Assembly: GCA_024637305.1 (NCBI GenBank) | Contig: JAGXFI010000065.1 | Coordinates: 14,195 to 78,194 of the forward strand | Length of the DNA stretch: 64,000 bases | Source of the DNA: Sulfitobacter sp. | GTDB taxonomy: Bacteria > Pseudomonadota > Alphaproteobacteria > Rhodobacterales > Rhodobacteraceae | Direction of reading: 5' to 3' | In this document: positions 1 to 10,160 of the stretch, piece after piece | Position numbering within the stretch: position 1 is the stretch's first letter | Layout: every line of letters begins with the position of its first letter | Made by a program: the position numbers and the translations under genes | Notes under the pieces: model-generated | Database searches by the model: none | Told to the model about the DNA's origin: nothing | What the model saw: only the letters and a program-made list of their open reading frames with translations

Positions 1-1
1 T

Positions 2-232
2 CCAGTCCGACCATCATCACTCACCTCTGCCCTGTATCTCATCGCAGAAAAATCGCTGGGTATTATGGGGCCGGCCAGTTTTTCTATCGCCATTGGCAGC
101 AATACTTTTTTCGCAGCCAGATTGCTCGGACATTCTGTACTGATCGCAGCGGCAGCGATAACGGTCGCGATCTTAACGGCAGCAGCAAAAAAGCCATCTT
201 TATCGTGGCTTAGGTGGATGCCACGTTCGTGA
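2..232 (+). CDS. C-terminal part of a probable membrane protein (truncated by window edge)
   Basis: Frame 2 is open from the window start to TGA at 230-232 and encodes hydrophobic stretches (..LLGHSVLIAAAAITVAILTAAAKK..). Not in the ORF track. Confidence 0.45.
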   Translation, partial: PVRPSSLTSALYLIAEKSLGIMGPASFSIAIGSNTFFAARLLGHSVLIAAAAITVAILTAAAKKPSLSWLRWMPRS

Positions 233-433
233 AAAAGTCTAAGACTTGCCGAAAATCCATCAGATCATCTACGCCACCAAGCTGATCCACCCGGCGATCC
301 AAAATTTCGATAAAGGCGGTAGGGATGTCCTAGAATGGTTTCCGGCAAGGGCGGTTTTCTATCATGTTCGACGCGCACTTCTATGCGTGACCATAACTGA
401 AACCCGCACGGGCCAAGCCAGAAACGCGGAATT

Positions 434-468
434 AGGGCACTCCCTCACCGGGAAGTGCCCTTTCTTTT
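434..468. terminator. Intrinsic terminator hairpin between convergent genes
   Basis: AGGGCACTCCC-tcacc-GGGAAGTGCCCT followed by TTCTTTT. Confidence 0.65.
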
Positions 469-479
469 AATTCGCCTAT

Positions 480-1040
480 TCAGCGCTTGCGACGGCGCAT
501 CGCGGCAAGGCCGCCGATCCCTAGCAACATCAGCCAGCCAGCAGCAGGCAACGGCACCACGGTGGTCTGGCCTGTATTATAGAAGCTGACGTGGGATATG
601 TCATTCAGGGTGGTAAAGATCGAGCCCCCGAAGTATTCCGTTTGGTCCAACAGCCAGACCTCATAGAAATTCGACTGCTTGACCGCAACATACTTGGGAT
701 AAAGAACGTCGACCGCACCCGTGACGAGCGATGGATCAAACGTCCAAGCGAACGAGTAGCCCGCACTTCCCTGAGTGTAATCCAACGTGAAGGCATTGGA
801 ATAGTCGCCAGGCGCACCACCCTCATCTTCCCAGTTGCTACACTGCACGAAACTTGCGCCACCGGTCCCGGTATTGCATTTCGCCAAAGACGGGGAACCA
901 TTCAGACTAGCTGGAAAAGGGTCGTTTCCGCCGCCGCCTAGGCCAGGCACCAATGTCGCCGCCAAAACCCCAGTTCCCGACAACGCCAGCCCCGAAGCCA
1001 GCATTGCGGCTGTTAACTTCATTTTCATACTCTGTACCAT
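480..1040 (-). CDS. VPLPA-CTERM sorting-domain surface protein
   Basis: N-terminal signal peptide; C-terminus VVPLPAAGWLMLLGIGGLAAMRRRKR (VPLPA + TM helix + basic tail); AGGAG RBS upstream of ATG 1040. Confidence 0.9.
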   Translation of the reverse strand: MVQSMKMKLTAAMLASGLALSGTGVLAATLVPGLGGGGNDPFPASLNGSPSLAKCNTGTGGASFVQCSNWEDEGGAPGDYSNAFTLDYTQGSAGYSFAWTFDPSLVTGAVDVLYPKYVAVKQSNFYEVWLLDQTEYFGGSIFTTLNDISHVSFYNTGQTTVVPLPAAGWLMLLGIGGLAAMRRRKR

Positions 1041-1816
1041 TAACAATACTCCTGATAAATTTATCAACTTCGTTAACCTTTCGCCGCGCCAAGGTGAACA
1101 CATTTCGGCCACATTCTTGTTTATTCACCTGCAGGTTGAAAAATTGTTCAAAACGGAAGAGGGAAAGCCACCTAAACCGGCGAATTGTTTCCGATCCGTA
1201 AGCAGCGCCCGATCATGCATCAGCCCAGAGAGGCCGTGCGAATCACCTAGTTTATCCTTGTCCAAGCTTTAATTCGGACCTTGTTACCGATCCGCGGGGA
1301 GGCCGTTTCTCGTTGTAGGATATGCGCCAAGCCTTCAACTAATCGGTCGCGTGCAAGCGTCAGTAACCCGTCAGCGTTCAGGCTTTCGACCAACGACTTA
1401 CACGCGGTCATCCCACAGTTTCGCCTTAACCCGCCTCTCTGGGGTCTTGTTCCTGAACTGCGGCATCACACGCCGTTCGGATAGCGACCGCCCAATCGCT
1501 ACACATCACATCCTTCCAACCGGTTCGCGCATGCGATCCCGCCACCCGACCGCGCTTGCATGTGGTGCGAAACACACGTTACGCGCACGAACAAAAGCAA
1601 ACGCGACGCTTCGAAGAAAGTTTTCCAAACGTCGCCCTGCCCGCTTCAAGTCAGGTATTTCTGACAGGACCATACCGAGATCTTTGGCCCAACGTGCAAC
1701 GTCCCGTATCGGGTGGTCTCATAATGTTCGACAGCCTGTGCTGACGAGACCAGACCTACATCAAGCGCGCGGACGATCCGGTACAAGCACCTCGGAACGC
1801 TACGAACTTGGCGCAA

Positions 1817-1841
1817 GGAACCATTCTGTCGGTAGCGTGTT
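1817..1841 (+). promoter_or_regulatory. ECF sigma (EcfG/general stress response-type) promoter
   Basis: GGAAC-N16-TGTT about 60 bp upstream of ATG 1901; resembles the GGAAC-N16/17-CGTT consensus. Confidence 0.55.
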
Positions 1842-1900
1842 TCTATTCAGACGCATCTAAGCAGCCCCTGCACTGAGCGTCACAGTTTAGGAGCATAATC

Positions 1901-2428
1901 ATGTTCACCTCCGTTAAATCAATCGCCCTTGCTACAACCCTAAGCGTTGCAGCCCTCTCGTCTGCCGCCTACGCGGCAGACCCCATCGCTTTCTCGAATG
2001 TGAATGTCGAGGCGTCCATGTCCGCTGCTGAAAATGGGAACGCATTGACGGTGTTTCCGGAGATTGTCACCGATCTGAATACCGCTGTCAGCGAACGCAT
2101 CACGGCAAGCGATGATGATAGCGATCCGACCATCCGCATTGATGTTCGCAAGGTTTCTCTGAACGGTAACCCGATGCTCACAGGCAGCAACGAGTTCAAC
2201 GAAATCGAAGGCGTCGTAGATATCACCGACGACAACAACACGATCGGTTCGCAAAGCTTTGCCGTCAACGTGGCCGCTTATGCTGCTGATATTACCGTCC
2301 CGGAAGGCTATGTGACTGTCGCGCCGTCCGAAGAAGATTTCTATGATGCGATGATCAGCGGTTTTGCAGATGTTGTCGCTGCTCAGGTGGAAGAGATCAA
2401 CACCGCCCGCGCTGAGCGCGAAAAGTAA
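1901..2428 (+). CDS. Secreted hypothetical protein
   Basis: Sec signal peptide (..AAYA/ADP), GGAG RBS, acidic mature domain, followed by a terminator. Confidence 0.85.
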   Translation: MFTSVKSIALATTLSVAALSSAAYAADPIAFSNVNVEASMSAAENGNALTVFPEIVTDLNTAVSERITASDDDSDPTIRIDVRKVSLNGNPMLTGSNEFNEIEGVVDITDDNNTIGSQSFAVNVAAYAADITVPEGYVTVAPSEEDFYDAMISGFADVVAAQVEEINTARAEREK

Positions 2429-2450
2429 GCCGACTTACGTCAAACAAAGA

Positions 2451-2481
2451 GCGGCTGGTGCTTTTGCACCGGCCGTTTTTC
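2451..2481 (+). terminator. Rho-independent terminator
   Basis: GCGGCTGGTGC-tttt-GCACCGGCCGT then a T-run. Confidence 0.75.
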
Positions 2482-2651
2482 GTTTGCCTCTCCGCTTCGT
2501 GACAAACTCATGCGCAAACGGGTTTCCGCCGCGATGCCTGACCGTGGTCTCAACGAAATGCTAGGCTTGCAGCCGCGCAGGCGGCGGAAAAATGTCGAGA
2601 CATTTCCGCAAAACGCCCTCCTCGAACCTTAGGAGGCTTGGCGCGTGATAA

Positions 2652-2882
2652 AAGAGAATTTGTTCGTTCAACGCCTTCGCCCTGCCCCGTCGGAAGATCG
2701 GCGTTTTCGAAGGCCTGTGCGACGTGGTCGCCAATCAAGATCAGCTTGCAGGCATCATGGGCCATGAGATCGGCCACCTTCAGGCCGCGCACAGCCACAA
2801 ACGGACGGGCACGCAGCTTGCCACGGGCTGGGGAAGACGGCACTCAAGGCGATGCCGCCCGAGCTTTGAGAGCACCGTCTGA
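2652..2882 (+). pseudogene. M48 zinc metallopeptidase fragment
   Basis: Start-less frame reads FNAFALPRRKIGVFEGLCDVVANQDQLAGIMGHEIGHLQAAHS (NAFA motif and HExxH); in-frame TAA immediately upstream. Confidence 0.8.
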
Positions 2883-2927
2883 CACCGATGGCGGCGTCAG
2901 AAGGGAAACGTGCATGATCCCTTCAGT

Positions 2928-4121
2928 TCAGGGAAAGCGATGAGCTTTCAAAGACTTGCCCAAGGCTGCAATCCCGGCCTGAATATTCGCCACGGATTGG
3001 GCGGAGAAGTTCAAGCGGGCGTAATTGGGACGCGGGGTCACCGGAAAAAAGGTGGCTCCGGGTACATAGGCCACGTGGGCCTCGGGCAGTGCCACGTCAC
3101 GCATGAAGGCGGTGGCGTCGAAACCTTCCGGAAATGTGACCCAGGTGAAAAGACCGCCATCGGGATCTGTCGCCGTAATCTCTTGGGGGAAATTCTGCCG
3201 GATCGCGTCGAGCATGGCATCCTTCTTGAGGGCGTATGCAGAGCGTAAGGTCTCGACATGAGCCATGAGGTCGTGCCGGTCCAGAAACAAGCTTGCGGCC
3301 GCCATGTTGAGGGTCGATGTCTGGGTATCTGCGGCAACCTTGAGCTGGCCCATGCGCTCAATCAGGGCGGGGGCGGCAACCGCCCAGCCGACACGCAGAC
3401 CCGGAACGAGAACCTTGGAAAAGCTGCCAAGATGGATGACCCGCCCCTGCGTGTCGAGAGACTTGAGAGTTGGCAGGGTTTCGCCGGAAAACCGGATATG
3501 GCGATAGGGCGTGTCTTCCAGCACGATCAGGTCGTAGGCGTTTGCGAGGGCGATCAGTTGCTTTCGTCGCGCAAGCGAAAGCGTGACGCCGGTCGGATTT
3601 TGGAAATCCGGTATCGTGTAGATCATCCGTGCCCGCGGATTGGCCTTCAGGACTGTCTCGAGAAGTTCGGTCTGCATCCCGTCGGCGTCCACCGGGACAA
3701 CGGCATATTCGGGCTGGCTGGGCTGGAACGCGATGAGGGCACCCAGAAATGTTGGATCCTCGGTCACGATCACGTCGTCCGGGTCAATCAGCATCCGGGC
3801 CGCAAAGTCGAGACCCTGTTGCGAGCCTTGCAGGATCAGCACGTCATCGCCGGTGCAATGCGTACCATCCTCCGACATCAGTCGGGCAATCTGATCGCGC
3901 AGATGCGGCAGACCGTTCGATGGCGCATATTGCAGGGCAGCGCCACCGGGTGTTTTGATGATGTCATGAAAGATGGCGTCAAGCTTATCCGCCGGAAACA
4001 GGGTCGCGTCAGGATACCCGCCGCCGAAAGAAATGATCGACGGATCGGCCCCCAATGCCAACAATTCTCCGATAGCCGATGGCCGAACCTTGTTCATCCG
4101 CTGCGCATATCTGGGCGTCAT
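2928..4121 (-). CDS. PLP-dependent aminotransferase class I/II (2-aminoadipate/aromatic aminotransferase-like)
   Basis: ISFGGGYPD, DFQNPTG, GSFSKVLVPGLRVGW (PLP lysine) motifs. Confidence 0.9.
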   Translation of the reverse strand: MTPRYAQRMNKVRPSAIGELLALGADPSIISFGGGYPDATLFPADKLDAIFHDIIKTPGGAALQYAPSNGLPHLRDQIARLMSEDGTHCTGDDVLILQGSQQGLDFAARMLIDPDDVIVTEDPTFLGALIAFQPSQPEYAVVPVDADGMQTELLETVLKANPRARMIYTIPDFQNPTGVTLSLARRKQLIALANAYDLIVLEDTPYRHIRFSGETLPTLKSLDTQGRVIHLGSFSKVLVPGLRVGWAVAAPALIERMGQLKVAADTQTSTLNMAAASLFLDRHDLMAHVETLRSAYALKKDAMLDAIRQNFPQEITATDPDGGLFTWVTFPEGFDATAFMRDVALPEAHVAYVPGATFFPVTPRPNYARLNFSAQSVANIQAGIAALGKSLKAHRFP

Positions 4122-4415
4122 CCCGACTCTCCTGATCAGTTGTCCGCTTCAGGTGACACACGTAGGCGGAACGGTGCAAGCAGAGGCTGACGCTCAAAAG
4201 ATGATCATGGTCCGGTTGGTCAGTTGAGAACTGCCCGTCCGGACCACATCAATGACAGCGCGGATGTGGTGCCCACAGCTGAATATTTTGGAAATTGAAA
4301 GTACCGGAAGCGTCATCTGCCCGGTCTCCCTGTTGCTCCATGCGCCGCAACCCGCGCAGCACCGACGATCGCTGCTAAGCGCCACAGGGTCCTGAGGGCA
4401 GAGCTTTATGGACGT

Positions 4416-5291
4416 TCACTGACCGTCCCAGCGCCTCAACATCCAATACCATTGATCCGGGTTTGCCATGATCCGCGCAGACAGACTGTCGTTGAAAGCA
4501 CGGGTCATCGTGACGCTATCGGTGTGCGGTATCGGGGCTTCGAATTCGACGCGAAATGCATCTCCGCCTTCAATGCGAATTCCGTAGGCGGGGATCATGG
4601 GCAGATCATACTTGAGGGCAAGCTGTGCCGCCGACAGAGAGGTCAGAGCGTCATGCCCAAGAAACGGTAGCCGCTCCCCTTCAGCGTATTTCTCATCCAG
4701 CAGAATGGAAATAATACCACCATCCCGAAGATGACGCACAAGGGCTCTCGTACCCACGCGGCCAGTCGCCAAAATCGGTTTGCCCCCTGCTTCAATCCCA
4801 GCACGTATCCGCCGTTCGTAATGGCGGTTCTTTTGCGGGCGATACACGGCTCCGCTCTCAAACCCATGCATCTTGATTGCGGCCCGAACAGCTTCCCATT
4901 GCCCAAAGTGGCCGGAGACGACTATTACCCCTTTGCCAGCTGCCTGCGCTTTCTGCAAAGCGTCAAGACCGGGGCCTGAGACCCTAAATTTTTGGTGTTG
5001 GGTTTGGAACTCTGCATCGTGGTAAATCTCAAAGAGGGTCCGGCCCATATGCCGGCCCATCTCTTGGCCAAGTTTCGCGCGATCACTGCGCTTCATATCT
5101 GGGAAGACCCGTCTGGCTTCACGGTCAAATCTGAGTCTTGCTGGCGGAAACCAACGCATGACCACTGCAAAAGTCGTTCCCAATCCACGGGACCGCCGGT
5201 CAAAGGAACGCCAGCGCACGACTGTCAACGCCGACCACAAAGGAAAGTATCGGGCGTGATGGGCAACTGATTTCAGGGAAGCGGACAGCAT
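4416..5291 (-). CDS. Lipid A lauroyl/lysophospholipid acyltransferase (LpxL/HtrB family)
   Basis: SGHFGQWE, ILLDEK, NPDQWYWMLRRW motifs. Confidence 0.85.
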   Translation of the reverse strand: MLSASLKSVAHHARYFPLWSALTVVRWRSFDRRSRGLGTTFAVVMRWFPPARLRFDREARRVFPDMKRSDRAKLGQEMGRHMGRTLFEIYHDAEFQTQHQKFRVSGPGLDALQKAQAAGKGVIVVSGHFGQWEAVRAAIKMHGFESGAVYRPQKNRHYERRIRAGIEAGGKPILATGRVGTRALVRHLRDGGIISILLDEKYAEGERLPFLGHDALTSLSAAQLALKYDLPMIPAYGIRIEGGDAFRVEFEAPIPHTDSVTMTRAFNDSLSARIMANPDQWYWMLRRWDGQ

Positions 5292-5839
5292 GGCCCTGTA
5301 TGATCATTTTACGCGGTGATACCAATCAAAAAAACCTGATCAGAGTAACTGCCCCCTATGGGTGCCAAGATGCCGCCGCGGCACGGTGAATCAATTTGCC
5401 TCACACCGTGCACATCCGCAAATCCGCAAATCCAGCGAAGAAGGGTATCTGGATGCGCAGGGCATCACCACCCAGCGCAGCAACGGCATCGACAAGAAGT
5501 TCATCTGGCCCGGTTGCCGCAATGACTACAAGTGTATCAGTCCTCTCTTGCGACATTACAATTGCGGTGCCACCCTCTGTCAGAAAACCACTCCGTGATA
5601 GCATCCTGCGCAGGGTCAAAAGCCTGCACTTGTCCACGGATGGAAAACGCATCATCCAAAATCTTTTACGAAACCGCGTGAAAATTGAGGACTTTCGCAA
5701 TTGCAGGCACATTTGCCGTTTGATACCGTCTGAACAGCCAAACAGCAGGCAAATCACCGCTCAATTCCATCTTACATCGGCACTTGGCAACTCTGCCATG
5801 TCCTGCAACGGCGAACAAAATGACTTGGAAGGATCGTTC

Positions 5840-7435
5840 ATGCAAAACTGGCCCGCACAGATAGCGGATCTGATCGCCGTCGAGACACATTTCGGCCGGA
5901 CCGGCATCAAGTGTTTTTCCGACCGTCCCTCAGATCTGAATGCCATGATGCAGCAAGCCGTCGTGCGCAATCCGACGGGTGAGGCGCTGGTGTGCGACGA
6001 CGTCCGTCTGACCTATCGCGAGCTTGATGATCAGATCATCGCAGTGGCTGCTGGTCTTGCGGGTCTTGGCGTTACCAAAGGCGAACGGGTGGCCTTGCTG
6101 TTGGCTAATGGGCCCGAGTTTCTGATCGTTCTGCTTGCCAGCCTGCGCATCGGAGCCATTGCCGTCCCGATCAATGTGCGTGAACAAACGCCGGAACTCA
6201 TCCATATCCTGAACGATTGTGGGGCCACCGTGCTGGTCCATGATTCTGATATTGCAGGGAAACTACCTGTGGCGGCAGACGTGGCAGCGCTACAGCACCG
6301 GTTGAGTGTAGGTGGCCCTTCGGCGGGATCGCAGGACTATGAAACGCTTGCCGCATCCTACGTCACGTCGGCCCCTGTTCAGGTTCATGAGGAAGACACG
6401 GCTGTCATCCTCTATACATCGGGCACAACCGGGCGCCCGAAGGGCGCAATGCTGACCCATCTGAATATCATCCACTCTGCAATGCACTTTGAACTGTGCA
6501 TGGGACTGGGTGCGGACGAGCGGTCTTTGCTGGCCGTCCCTGCCTCCCACGTGACCGGGTTGGTTGCGACACTTTTCACGATGCTGCGCACTGCCGGGTG
6601 CAGCGTGATCATGCGCGCCTTCAAAGCCGAGGATTTTCTGGCCCTCGCCGCGCGTGAAAAAGTCACGCAGACGCTGATGGTTCCGGCAATGTACAACCTC
6701 TTTCTGCTGCGCTGCACCATAGCCGATTACGATCTGTCGCACTGGCGGATCGGGGGCTATGGCGGTGCCCCCATGGCGCAATCGACCATCCATGAACTGA
6801 CCGAAAAGCTGCCAGACCTGATCCTCGTCAACGCCTATGGCGCGACCGAATTGACCTCGCCCGCTACTATTTTGCCACTGGGATTGGGGGCCGAAAGATC
6901 TGACAGTATCGGTATCACGGTGCCCTGCGGCGAGATCAGGATCGTTGTTGCGCAAGGTCGGGATGCAGGCCCGGATGAGCATGGCGAAATATGGGTCAAG
7001 GGCCCGATGGTGGTTCCAGGCTATTGGAACAATCCTGAAAAGACCGCACAGGAATTCCAGGACGGCTTTTGGAAAAGCGGTGATATCGGATCACGCGATG
7101 CACAAGGGTTTGTGCGCCTTCACGACCGCAGCAAAGATATGATCATTCGGGGCGGCTACAACATCTATAGCGCCGAGGTTGAAAATACGCTGACGGCCCA
7201 CAAGGCCGTGATCGAATGCGCGGCCATAGGGCAGCCTGATCCGGTTCTGGGGGAAAAGCTGCATATTTTTGTTCATAGCAGCGATCCGGCTTTGGACGCC
7301 GCAGCGGTCAAAGCATATTGCGCCGCCCATCTAGCCGACTATAAAACGCCTGATTTTGTGACCTTTAGCGCCGATCCGCTTCCCAGAAATGCCAATGGCA
7401 AAATCGTCAAAAAAATCCTGCGCGATATGATTTAA
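5840..7435 (+). CDS. Long-chain acyl-CoA ligase (class I adenylate-forming)
   Basis: YTSGTTGRPKG, YGATE, SGDIG, PRNANGK motifs; start moved to ATG 5840 (GAAGGA RBS). Confidence 0.9.
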   Translation: MQNWPAQIADLIAVETHFGRTGIKCFSDRPSDLNAMMQQAVVRNPTGEALVCDDVRLTYRELDDQIIAVAAGLAGLGVTKGERVALLLANGPEFLIVLLASLRIGAIAVPINVREQTPELIHILNDCGATVLVHDSDIAGKLPVAADVAALQHRLSVGGPSAGSQDYETLAASYVTSAPVQVHEEDTAVILYTSGTTGRPKGAMLTHLNIIHSAMHFELCMGLGADERSLLAVPASHVTGLVATLFTMLRTAGCSVIMRAFKAEDFLALAAREKVTQTLMVPAMYNLFLLRCTIADYDLSHWRIGGYGGAPMAQSTIHELTEKLPDLILVNAYGATELTSPATILPLGLGAERSDSIGITVPCGEIRIVVAQGRDAGPDEHGEIWVKGPMVVPGYWNNPEKTAQEFQDGFWKSGDIGSRDAQGFVRLHDRSKDMIIRGGYNIYSAEVENTLTAHKAVIECAAIGQPDPVLGEKLHIFVHSSDPALDAAAVKAYCAAHLADYKTPDFVTFSADPLPRNANGKIVKKILRDMI

Positions 7436-8064
7436 ACCACCAATCCGTTGATGATGGTTTTGGCAAGGGTGTCGGCAATCTGTATCTGATCCGCGCGGCT
7501 TTGATCAGGGCGGACGCGATACCAATCCACCAGGGAATTGAGTGCGCCCATGATGGCGCGCCCCGCGATCGCGACGTCCGGTATCGATAACGTACCGTCT
7601 TCAACACCCTTTTGAAGAACGGCGCGGTACAGGTCTTCGTAGTCGTTGCGCCGCGCGATCAGTTCGTTCAGCACTTCGCGCTCCGCGCCGATGTCATGCC
7701 CGTGCAGATAGACGTTTACCCCCTGACGGATACTCCGCTGGAATGGCAGGGTTTCCATCATCACCAGCCCGTGCGCCTTGGCCATTTCGAACAGCTTTTC
7801 GTTCGCGGGCATGGGTTGGCTGACGATTGGCAAAATCGCATCAAAACAGAATTGCATGGCCTGGCGGTAGACAGCGAAAAAGATTTCGTTCTTCGATCTG
7901 AAGTGGTGGTATACCCGCCCCTTGGTCGATCCCAACTCGTGGGCCATGTCATCCATGGTGGCCTTTTCCAGACCGTATTTCATGAAACAAACGGCTGCTG
8001 CCTGAATGATTTGCGTCCGGCTGTCCAGCTTTCGCTTGGTCAATTTCGGCTCTGTGACATTCAT
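7432..8064 (-). CDS. TetR/AcrR family regulator (KstR2/PaaR-like)
   Basis: N-terminal HTH ATMDDMAHELGSTKGRVYHHFRSK; C-terminal WYR motif. Confidence 0.9.
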   Translation of the reverse strand: MNVTEPKLTKRKLDSRTQIIQAAAVCFMKYGLEKATMDDMAHELGSTKGRVYHHFRSKNEIFFAVYRQAMQFCFDAILPIVSQPMPANEKLFEMAKAHGLVMMETLPFQRSIRQGVNVYLHGHDIGAEREVLNELIARRNDYEDLYRAVLQKGVEDGTLSIPDVAIAGRAIMGALNSLVDWYRVRPDQSRADQIQIADTLAKTIINGLVV

Positions 8065-8219
8065 CAGGCATTCCGTCTTGTGGCATCAAACAGCATGGTT
8101 TTGCAGCTCGATCACCCTATACGGGCAAACCTTTGAGTGACTGTGCAAGAACTACGTTACGTAAGGCAAGAGGTGTTCCACCGAAGCGCCTTGACACTCA
8201 GGCTGGCACGTTGATGTAT

Positions 8220-8241
8220 AAACATACCGACGAGAATGTTT
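8220..8241. promoter_or_regulatory. Candidate TetR operator in the divergent tetR/dctP promoter
   Basis: AAACAT-accgacgaga-ATGTTT inverted repeat containing an ACCGAC half-site, downstream of TTGACA (8191-8196). Confidence 0.4.
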
Positions 8242-8375
8242 TTTTGCCGAGGTGTCTTCGGATGGGACAGACCTACTGCGCGGTAATAATGAACCGCAAG
8301 CCAGTTTGCCCAAACGAGAGACCATTGCCACGACGCCGGCATTCTTAATGATCAATGAGCTCGGGAGGAGCATAT

Positions 8376-9536
8376 ATGACCTATTCAAAACCATCACACG
8401 CTATCGCTATCGTTGCACTGGGGATGGCCTCCGCCATCGCCACGCCTGCTTTGGCACAGGAAAGCCTGAACTTTGCGTATGGCTACCCTGAAAACTCCGC
8501 GATCGGCATTGGTGTCGCAGACTACAAGAAGGCTGTCGAAGAGCGCTCCGAAGGGTCACTTTCCATTACAGGTTTTCCGATGTCGCTGCTCAGCCTATCC
8601 GAAACAAGCCCCGGCGTTCGGGACGGTCTGGCTGATGTGGGGTTCGTTTTGACGCCGTATCTGCCAGCCGAATACAGCACGAACCTGTTCCTGCACGAAT
8701 TGAACCTGCTGATCACCCTGGCCGAGAATCCGACCGGGAAAGAGCCGTTGGCGTACACTGGCGCGATGCTGGAATACACTTTCAACGATTGCCCCGAATG
8801 TCTGGCCGAATTCAAAGCCCAGAACCAGGTTTATACAGGCGGCGGCGTGACCCCGCTTTATAATCTGCTGTGCAAAGACGTCCAAATCACCTCAATAGAA
8901 GATCTGGCAGGCAAGCGTTTGCGTGCGGGCGGTGCCGGTTTCGTTCGGTTTGCTGAAAAATTCGGTGCCCAGGGTGTCCGTCTGCCCGTCAATGAAGTCT
9001 ATGAAGGGCTGGACCAGGGCATTCTTGATTGCGCCATGAACAGTGCCCCCGAGCTGACCAACTACAGCCTGCACGAAGTTGTCACCGACATAACGCTGGC
9101 CGTTCCGGGTGGTGCTTTTGCTGGCGTTGCTTCTGCCAACATCAACGCCGATCGCTGGAAATCACTGACCACCGAACAGCGCGAAGCGCTTCTTTGGGGC
9201 GGAGCACAGATGACTGCAAGCACCACGTGGGGCTTTTACAGCGATGACGCGGTCGCCATTCAGAACGCCAAGGACAAAGGTATCAACATCCTGCAACCTG
9301 ACGCCGAACTGGCAGCAGCGGTCAAGGATTTCGCCCGCGAAGATCTGGCACTCGTTTCCGATCTCTTCCGCGATACCTATGGCATTGAGCGCGCAGCAGA
9401 AATCACGGCTGAATTCGCGCCTATCCTGGAAAAATGGTACGGTCTGGTTGCCGACATCGAGACCAAAGAGCAGTTGCAGCAGCTCTACTGGGATGAGGTC
9501 GTCTCGAAGGTCGATCCTGCGACTTACGCTCAGTAA
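8376..9536 (+). CDS. dctP: TRAP transporter substrate-binding protein (DctP family)
   Basis: Signal peptide, DLAGKRLRAGG, EVYEGLDQGILD; GGAGGAG RBS. Confidence 0.9.
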   Translation: MTYSKPSHAIAIVALGMASAIATPALAQESLNFAYGYPENSAIGIGVADYKKAVEERSEGSLSITGFPMSLLSLSETSPGVRDGLADVGFVLTPYLPAEYSTNLFLHELNLLITLAENPTGKEPLAYTGAMLEYTFNDCPECLAEFKAQNQVYTGGGVTPLYNLLCKDVQITSIEDLAGKRLRAGGAGFVRFAEKFGAQGVRLPVNEVYEGLDQGILDCAMNSAPELTNYSLHEVVTDITLAVPGGAFAGVASANINADRWKSLTTEQREALLWGGAQMTASTTWGFYSDDAVAIQNAKDKGINILQPDAELAAAVKDFAREDLALVSDLFRDTYGIERAAEITAEFAPILEKWYGLVADIETKEQLQQLYWDEVVSKVDPATYAQ

Positions 9537-9546
9537 ATCCACCTGT

Positions 9547-9582
9547 CGGGGCACCTTTTTCAAAGGTGCCCCGTTTCCTTTT
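9547..9582 (+). terminator. Intercistronic stem-loop after dctP
   Basis: CGGGGCACCTT...AAGGTGCCCCG followed by TTTCCTTTT. Confidence 0.65.
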
Positions 9583-9608
9583 CTGACAGACTGACGAGGG
9601 GCTTCCTT

Positions 9609-10160
9609 ATGAAACCCATTGGCAAGTTGATCTCTTGGATCAATGCCGGTGCTTCTGGTATTGCGGGTATATTGGTGTTGCTGATGGTGGCGCATGTGTC
9701 GGCTGATGTCACGATGCGCTATGTATTCGGGCTGCCGCTGGATGCGACGATCCTGTATGTCTCGGCCTTCTATATGGTCGCGATTGCGTTTCTGCCGCTT
9801 GGGCTGGTCGAACAGAAAGACAGTCATATCGCAGTTGAACTGCTGGTCGAACGCTTTCCAAACAGAATTCAGACAGTTCTCTTGTTTTTCGCAACGCTGA
9901 TTACCGCGATCGTTACCGCCGCCGTCACCGTCCGGACAGGGCAAGAGGCGATGGCAAAATACGTGACCGGTGCATATTCGATCGAGGCCGGCGGCAAGAT
10001 CCTCACCTGGCCTACCTATTTCTATCTGCCTGCCGGTTTCGGGATGATGTCGGTTGTGGCGTTCTGGAAGTTGATTGCGATGGTGACCGGCAAGGACAGT
10101 GGTCTCAGCCTCATGACTGTCGAAGATCCCTATCTTGCGGAAGAAGAGCCTAATGTCTGA
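9609..10160 (+). CDS. dctQ: TRAP transporter small permease
   Basis: 4 TM helices, DVTMRY, HIAVELL motifs. Confidence 0.88.
   Translation: MKPIGKLISWINAGASGIAGILVLLMVAHVSADVTMRYVFGLPLDATILYVSAFYMVAIAFLPLGLVEQKDSHIAVELLVERFPNRIQTVLLFFATLITAIVTAAVTVRTGQEAMAKYVTGAYSIEAGGKILTWPTYFYLPAGFGMMSVVAFWKLIAMVTGKDSGLSLMTVEDPYLAEEEPNV

Noticed and set aside
1113..1800. Long intergenic region as a possible sRNA or small-gene locus
   Set aside because: No convincing hairpin-terminator, repeat or coding signal seen.
4122..4415. Possible riboswitch leader upstream of the aminotransferase
   Set aside because: I could not match any SAM, lysine, glycine, TPP or cobalamin consensus by eye; an Rfam/Infernal scan would settle it.
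5396..5839. 148-aa N-terminal extension of the acyl-CoA ligase in the ORF track
   Set aside because: Not protein-like; a good RBS and a family-typical start exist at 5840.
8204..8218. Sigma54-like TGGCACG upstream of dctP
   Set aside because: The -12 position reads TGTA rather than TTGC, and no enhancer-binding activator is nearby.
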